Source: Candidatus Hydrogenedentota bacterium | GTDB lineage: Bacteria > Hydrogenedentota > Hydrogenedentia > Hydrogenedentales > GCA-2746185 | Direction of reading: 5' to 3' | NCBI GenBank assembly: GCA_046583315.1 | Contig: JAYGCN010000100.1 | Coordinates: forward strand, 1-21,804 | DNA length: 21,804 nt | In this document: in pieces, positions 16,884 to 21,804 of the stretch | How positions within the stretch are numbered: the stretch's first letter is position 1 | How the letters are laid out: each line of letters begins with the position of its first letter | Translations under genes and position numbers: made by a program | Notes under the pieces: generated by a model | What the model was told of the DNA's origin: nothing | The model's input: the letters and a program-made list of their open reading frames with translations, nothing else | Databases searched by the model: none

Positions 16884-17351
16884 ATGAAGGCCAAACGACA
16901 AACGAAACGATTTCAGGACCTCTGCGAATTACGACGGCGACAGGAGAATTTGAAGGCGCAGGTTTATGCGACAGCGTTGCGACAGGTGAATACGGCTGAA
17001 TCAGAGCGTGGTAATCTGCAACGTACCCAGATAGCGATGTTATCCAGTGCAGCAGTTGCAAAAGGCGAAGTGATTAACCTGGACCAACAACGTAGCCGAT
17101 ATCGATATGAACGTTATCTTGCGACCCGAATCGTGGAGCAGGATGCTGTAATACATGAGTTGAAGGAAGTTGCCGAGGGCAGTCGTGTGGATATGCATGA
17201 GTCCGCCAAATTGCGTAAAATGATGGAAACGCTGGCGGAAAAGTCACAGGTATCGGTTGACCATGAAGTAAAACGGCAGGAACGTCTCGCGATGGATGAG
17301 ACGGCTTCCATGCGCGCTGCTGCAAGTCGCGCATCTGTCAAGAAAGGATAG
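16884..17351 (+). CDS. fliJ: Flagellar export chaperone FliJ
   Basis: 155-aa helical protein immediately after fliI; RF..L.ELRRRQE, RKMMETL.EK and E...MDE patterns. Confidence 0.8.
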   Translation: MKAKRQTKRFQDLCELRRRQENLKAQVYATALRQVNTAESERGNLQRTQIAMLSSAAVAKGEVINLDQQRSRYRYERYLATRIVEQDAVIHELKEVAEGSRVDMHESAKLRKMMETLAEKSQVSVDHEVKRQERLAMDETASMRAAASRASVKKG

Positions 17352-17356
17352 TGGGT

Positions 17357-17899
17357 ATGAAAAAGATCATTGCGACACTCGTGGCGCTCGTTGCCGTCTT
17401 TATGCTGGCCGTGGTGGTTCCCATGGCGGTGTCGGGTTACCTGAACAAGGCATCCATCGACACGCTGCTTGGGCGCGAACCGTCACTCGAAGCCGATGAG
17501 CCGGATCCGGCGACCGCGCTGGTCCAGTCGTTGAACGAAGAACGGGATCGCTTGAGAGCGGTGGAAGCGGATCTTCAGAAGCGCGAGGAGTTATTGACGC
17601 TTCGCGAGTCGGACTTGTCGGCGACCCTTGCCGAAGTCAAAGCGATACAGGAGGCCGTGAGTGCGAACATGGATACGCTGGACGCGCAACAGGAGGCAGG
17701 CATTGCCGAGGTGGCCAAGACCTTGTCCTCCATGAAAGCGGATAACGCGGCGGTCGAGCTCGAGTCCATGACGCCGGAACAGGCCGCACGATTGTTGCCA
17801 CTCATTAGTGAGCGTTCCAAAGGCAAGATTCTGGATGCGATGAGTGATTTGCAGCATCGTTCACTTATCTTGCAGATTCTTCAAGAAAGCAAGTACTAA
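17357..17899 (+). CDS. MotE/YlxF/FlbB-like flagellar protein (TM anchor, coiled coil, MgtE-N-like domain)
   Basis: N-terminal hydrophobic segment, coiled coil, then AKTLSSMKADNAAVELESM...GKILDAM; usual position between fliJ and fliK. AAAGGA SD favours ATG 17357. Confidence 0.8.
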   Translation: MKKIIATLVALVAVFMLAVVVPMAVSGYLNKASIDTLLGREPSLEADEPDPATALVQSLNEERDRLRAVEADLQKREELLTLRESDLSATLAEVKAIQEAVSANMDTLDAQQEAGIAEVAKTLSSMKADNAAVELESMTPEQAARLLPLISERSKGKILDAMSDLQHRSLILQILQESKY

Positions 17900-18100
17900 G
17901 ACGTTTTAGGGCTTCCGCATTTTTGGAAGCCATCTAGTAGGCACACTCGATTCGCTCTGATCCGAGTGCCGACCCTTTTTGTAGTTGCCCCCCCGCGTGA
18001 GCTGTGTTTACGGCTCACTGGTTTTCTCTGATTCGACCTTAACGGTATCGCTGTATCGTGTAGCGACCGTAGGAAATTACTCTGGAAGGAGGTGAAAAAT

Positions 18101-19375
18101 GTGCAAGAAATTATACTACCCACGTCTGTAACGCCGTCCGTCGATTCGCTTGAAATGCCGAACGGAACGAATGCTGATGGCGACGCAGATACACTGGGAT
18201 TCTCCAAGGTGTTCATGAAACTCCTCGAGGGATTCCAGGCATTACAGCAAAACCAGCAAGAAGTCGTTTCTGATTCGGAAGACGTTGTCGTCGAAGTTGA
18301 AGAGACTCCCGTTGACGGCGAAGAGGTGAGCGCTGAAGAAGTGGATGTTGATATCGATGTTGATTTACCTGAGGTTGATCAGGCGATTATCGGCATGCCT
18401 TTGAAAGAGGTCCCTCGTCAGGCCGAAAAAGTCGCTGTGCTCAAGGTGGCGACTACGGCCAAGATCGTCGAGGCAGCGGTGGTTGATGCGAAACCTGATG
18501 CAACTTCCGCGAAACCGCAACCCGAGAAGGCTGAGGTAGCGGCTCAACTCGCGAAGGCTCCTGAGAAGGAGACACTTCGACCCGTTGATCCGCTTCCAGC
18601 ACGAATCGCGTTGGCGAAGTTGACGGAGCTTGCCGCAGCGTTTGGAGCGACTGGTAAATCCGAATCGAAGGCGGACGAGCAGCAACCGAAGGATCTGGTG
18701 CCTGGTCGGAAGGTGAGTGAATTGGCAACGACATTGACGGGAAAGCCGGGCTTTGGTGAATCCTTGCCGATTTCCGGTGAGCTTGTCTCGGAAGCGGTGA
18801 AGAATGCCGGTATGAAGGCGGAGACGCCTTTGCTTACACCGGCGACCATCGTGGTTCCGGCATCGATTGAGAGCAGCGGGTCGCGCGAGACGCAGGCTAC
18901 ACTGCAGCTATCGCCGCAGTCCGAAGCCCCGACCATTCGAACGGTTGGTGACTTTACGATACGTAGTGTCAAACACTTGCTGGGCAGCCAGGAGGAGTCG
19001 ATTCAGATTCGACTGGTACCGCGATCGCTTGGCGAACTGCATATCGCAGTGAAGACGATCGGCGACTCTATTGAAATCGTGGTGAGTGCGGCGAATGCAT
19101 TGGTTCGCGATGTGCTGGAGTCGCAATTATCCGGATTGAAGGATGTTCTGTCGCGAGACGGTGTTGATGTTTCCAAAGTGACGGTGCACAACGGATCGAT
19201 GTCCGATATGGGCAGTTCGTTGGCTCAATCACAGGCGCATCGGCAGCAGGGCTCGGCGGCAAATCTCTCGGGAGAAATGCTCTCTGAGAACGAAGATGAA
19301 TTTGGTGAATCGGATGGTGCGGATAAGCATGCAAGGTCACGGTCTCATGACGGTGATCTCGATATGCTCGCGTAA
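18101..19375 (+). CDS. fliK: Flagellar hook-length control protein FliK
   Basis: Low-complexity acidic/Ala-Pro-rich N-terminal part; C-terminal IRLVPRSLGEL.I...VRDVLESQL..L...L domain. Strong SD AAGGAGGTGA (18086-18095) favours GTG 18101. Confidence 0.88.
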   Translation: MQEIILPTSVTPSVDSLEMPNGTNADGDADTLGFSKVFMKLLEGFQALQQNQQEVVSDSEDVVVEVEETPVDGEEVSAEEVDVDIDVDLPEVDQAIIGMPLKEVPRQAEKVAVLKVATTAKIVEAAVVDAKPDATSAKPQPEKAEVAAQLAKAPEKETLRPVDPLPARIALAKLTELAAAFGATGKSESKADEQQPKDLVPGRKVSELATTLTGKPGFGESLPISGELVSEAVKNAGMKAETPLLTPATIVVPASIESSGSRETQATLQLSPQSEAPTIRTVGDFTIRSVKHLLGSQEESIQIRLVPRSLGELHIAVKTIGDSIEIVVSAANALVRDVLESQLSGLKDVLSRDGVDVSKVTVHNGSMSDMGSSLAQSQAHRQQGSAANLSGEMLSENEDEFGESDGADKHARSRSHDGDLDMLA

Positions 19376-19420
19376 CATTCAACGATGCTTCTAAAGCACA
19401 CTAAATGGAAAGGAGAAATG

Positions 19421-20014
19421 ATGAATGCACTAATTGGTGTTCGCAACAACGGGCAGGGGCAATTGAACCCTACATCCGATGCGCGGGCACAGGTTTCCAA
19501 GCAGCTGGCGACAGTGGCTGCGGCGCGCCAAGGGATTGTCGCGCGTGACACATCGCCTTTGGCTGATTTGATGGTCTCGGATGCCGTGGCTTCGGATGGC
19601 GATGACGGCCGCACCGTTTCAGGCGCTACGCTTGATAAGGACGCGTTCCTTCAATTGCTGGTGCTGCAAATGCAGAATCAGGATCCGTTGGAGCCGATGA
19701 ACAACGGCGATATGCTAGCGCAGTTGGCGCAGTTTTCGTCGCTGGAAGCACAAACCAACCTGAATGACAGCTTTGTCAAGTTGAGCGGGAACGTGGACCA
19801 GCTGAATTTTATTTCGGACAGTCAGATGCTTGGCAAGTATGTTGAAGGGATTGATATCAATGGTCAACTTCAAAGCGGAATGGTTGAAGGGATTCACCTG
19901 GACGGTAGTCTGGTTGTGCTGACGGTGGACGGGGAATTCATGTCCATGGCGGGTGTCATTCGGGTGGAGAATGCTGCACCAGAGGTTGAAACCGAGACTG
20001 AGACTGAGGTCTGA
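19421..20014 (+). CDS. flgD: Flagellar hook capping protein FlgD (short form)
   Basis: LDKDAFLQLLV.QMQNQDPLEPM....LAQLAQFSSLE motif. AAGGAG at 19410-19415 favours ATG 19421. Confidence 0.95.
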   Translation: MNALIGVRNNGQGQLNPTSDARAQVSKQLATVAAARQGIVARDTSPLADLMVSDAVASDGDDGRTVSGATLDKDAFLQLLVLQMQNQDPLEPMNNGDMLAQLAQFSSLEAQTNLNDSFVKLSGNVDQLNFISDSQMLGKYVEGIDINGQLQSGMVEGIHLDGSLVVLTVDGEFMSMAGVIRVENAAPEVETETETEV

Positions 20015-20016
20015 GT

Positions 20017-20406
20017 ATGGAGATAAATCCTGTCTCGGACATACGAATTCGGCCTGACTCAGTTGCAGGGTCTTCTGCAGGAGGCAACCCTTCTTTTGAG
20101 GGCGTGTTTCAGGCAGAGGTGGCGGCTGCGGGTGGAATGCGTTTCTCGGTACACGCGCAACAACGTCTGGACGCACGCAACATTCAGCTCACGCAGCAGG
20201 ATGTTGCCCGGATCGCGCGGTCTACGGATGATGCCATGGCCAAAGGGGCCAAAGAGTCCCTTATTCTTATGGATAGGCTTGCCTTGATTGTCGGCGTGCC
20301 GAACCGAACGGTGATTACCGTGATGGAGCCTCATGAACAGGCGAACACGGTATTCACAAATATCGATTCAGTAGTGGTTGTGGCGAAGGATGAACCTTCG
20401 TCGTAA
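20017..20406 (+). CDS. TIGR02530-family flagellar operon protein (function unknown)
   Basis: FS.HA..RL..RNI, KGAKESLIL, NRTVIT and VFTNIDS motifs; typical position between flgD and flgE. Confidence 0.9.
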   Translation: MEINPVSDIRIRPDSVAGSSAGGNPSFEGVFQAEVAAAGGMRFSVHAQQRLDARNIQLTQQDVARIARSTDDAMAKGAKESLILMDRLALIVGVPNRTVITVMEPHEQANTVFTNIDSVVVVAKDEPSS

Positions 20407-20419
20407 ATAAATGGTTAAT

Positions 20420-20473
20420 GGGTCGGACTCCTTTGGGAGAGACCTTCAGGCGATGGACTGACAGAAGTCGCCT
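20420..20473 (+). ncRNA. Candidate cis-regulatory RNA element (two hairpins) upstream of flgE
   Basis: Hairpin 1 GGTC-gga-CTCC-tttg-GGAG-a-GACC (20421-20444). Hairpin 2 AGGCGAT-ggactgacagaa-GTCGCCT (20448-20473). No U-tract. Function inferred only. Confidence 0.45.
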
Positions 20474-20495
20474 CAACATAGCAGGAGAATACATT

Positions 20496-21804
20496 ATGAG
20501 TAGTGCGTTATTTACGGCAGTGACGGGCTTGCAAGCGTTTCAACGCAAGCTCAACGTGATTGCCAACAACATTGCAAACGTGAACACGACGGGTTACCGT
20601 GGCGCGCGCGTCTTGTTTCAGGATCTGTTCAGCCAGACCCTGTCCGGGGGGAGTCCTCCGGTGGGTAGTCTGGGCAGTACGAATCCGCAGCAAATTGGCC
20701 TGGGTGTTCGAATCAGCAGCATTGATATCGATCACACGCAAGGCTCACTTGCCTCAACGGGTAACGCTTCCGATCTCGCGATACAAGGCAACAGATTCTT
20801 CATTCTGAGCAACGGTGCCGGCGCAACGTTTACCCGCGATGGGTCGTTTGGGCTGAGCACGAATGGGTTCCTTGAAGATTCAGCCACGGGATTTTTTGTG
20901 CAGGGCTATAGTGCCGATATAACCGGTGCAATAAACACGAACGGCGCGGTAGGCAACATCCAGATTCCGGTGGGTGGTCAATCAATCGTGCAGGCGACGA
21001 CGATTACGAATTTGGTGGGTAATTTATCCGCTGAAGCCGAGTCGGCTGATCCCTTGGCAGTTCCGCCGGTGCTTGCGACGGTGGTTACGCGCACGATTCG
21101 TGCCTACGACAGTCTTGGTGTTGCACGCGATATCGATCTGATATTCACCAAAGTCGATCAGATCGATGATGGCGGTACGCTGTACAATGCATGGGAATAC
21201 AGGGCTGAATTCGAAGGTCAGGAAGTGCAAGTTTCCGTGCCCGATGCCGGTGCCCTTTTGTTCAATTCGGATGGGTCGTTGCACGCCATCGGTAGTGTTG
21301 ACGGAGCGAACGTTTTTACAGCGTCGGCTGCGGGTACAGAGAATATATCCATTCCCTTGTCATTGTTTCCGGGACCCAGTATTCCGGACACGCCGATGGA
21401 ATTCGAAATTAATTTTTCGAGTGTGACGGAGCTTTCGGGCGGTACGGATATCACCAACCCGACCCAGGACGGGTTCCCGCGTGGCGTATTGCAGGATTAT
21501 ACGATTGGCGAGAACGGCTTGATCACTGGTATATTCACGAATGGATTGACCCGGACCTTGGGCCAGGTGGCTCTGGCGACCTTCTCAAACCTGGGTGGGT
21601 TGGCGCGTATCGGTAACAATCAGTTCGTGGAAACGCCGTCATCTGGATTGGCTCAGATCGGTACCTCCAATACCGGTGGGCGTGGCTCCATCAGTGGCGG
21701 GGTGCTCGAATCTTCCAACGTTGATTTGGCTACCGAATTTAGTAATATGATTATCGCGCAACGTGGTTTCCAGGCGATTGCCCGGACCATCACGGCGGCG
21801 GATA
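20496..21804 (+). CDS. flgE: Flagellar hook protein FlgE (3' end truncated by window edge)
   Basis: Not in the ORF track because it has no stop in the window. Manual translation from ATG 20496 (SD AGGAG) is open to the end: VIANNIANVNTTGY, NPQQIGLGV, DLAIQG, FTRDGSF, YDSLG, QDG, LE.SNVDL..EFSNMI.AQRGFQA. Confidence 0.95.
   Translation, partial: MSSALFTAVTGLQAFQRKLNVIANNIANVNTTGYRGARVLFQDLFSQTLSGGSPPVGSLGSTNPQQIGLGVRISSIDIDHTQGSLASTGNASDLAIQGNRFFILSNGAGATFTRDGSFGLSTNGFLEDSATGFFVQGYSADITGAINTNGAVGNIQIPVGGQSIVQATTITNLVGNLSAEAESADPLAVPPVLATVVTRTIRAYDSLGVARDIDLIFTKVDQIDDGGTLYNAWEYRAEFEGQEVQVSVPDAGALLFNSDGSLHAIGSVDGANVFTASAAGTENISIPLSLFPGPSIPDTPMEFEINFSSVTELSGGTDITNPTQDGFPRGVLQDYTIGENGLITGIFTNGLTRTLGQVALATFSNLGGLARIGNNQFVETPSSGLAQIGTSNTGGRGSISGGVLESSNVDLATEFSNMIIAQRGFQAIARTITAAD

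Noticed and set aside
12282..17351. Non-flagellar type III secretion injectisome
   Set aside because: Rod, hook and switch genes (flgB, flgC, fliE, fliG, flgD, flgE) identify the cluster as flagellar.
17939..17956. Second sigma54 promoter before fliK (AGGCACACTCGATTCGC)
   Set aside because: The GG-to-GC spacing is two bases too long for a -24/-12 element.
19988..20011. GAGACT-type hexamer repeat encoding ETETETEV at the FlgD C-terminus
   Set aside because: Short in-frame low-complexity tail with too few copies to suggest phase variation.
20496..21804. flgE as a pseudogene because it is missing from the ORF track
   Set aside because: Manual translation is open and in frame to the window edge; it is absent only because the stop codon lies outside the window.

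Overview
Bacterial chromosomal window (moderately GC-rich, visibly G/T-rich on the + strand) with two parts. 61-10714 is a mixed accessory/metabolic block: Gfo/Idh/MocA oxidoreductase, DUF1569, secreted BNR/sialidase-fold protein, an AT-rich DUF805 gene on the minus strand, SO2930-type diheme cytochrome c, cNMP-binding/HD-GYP phosphodiesterase, SDR, SMUG1-type uracil-DNA glycosylase, DUF4382-type lipoprotein and gamma-glutamyltransferase. 10875 to the end is a flagellar basal-body/export/hook operon behind a perfect sigma54 promoter: flgB-flgC-fliE-fliF-fliG-fliH-fliI-fliJ-(motE/ylxF-like)-fliK-flgD-TIGR02530-flgE (flgE runs off the window). Main points of interest: (1) FliI has Ala in place of the catalytic glutamate (GARGRE instead of GERGRE). 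(2) Several other flagellar proteins carry non-conservative substitutions, each one base from the usual codon, at conserved motif positions while all frames remain open, which suggests a decaying or repurposed flagellar system, or sequence error. (3) A compact two-hairpin, GA-rich RNA-like element lies between the TIGR02530 gene and flgE and may form an undescribed protein/cis-RNA control module. (4) Other structured spacers occur inside the operon. No rRNA, tRNA, CRISPR array or transposase was seen. All family assignments are from motif recognition by eye, not database searches.
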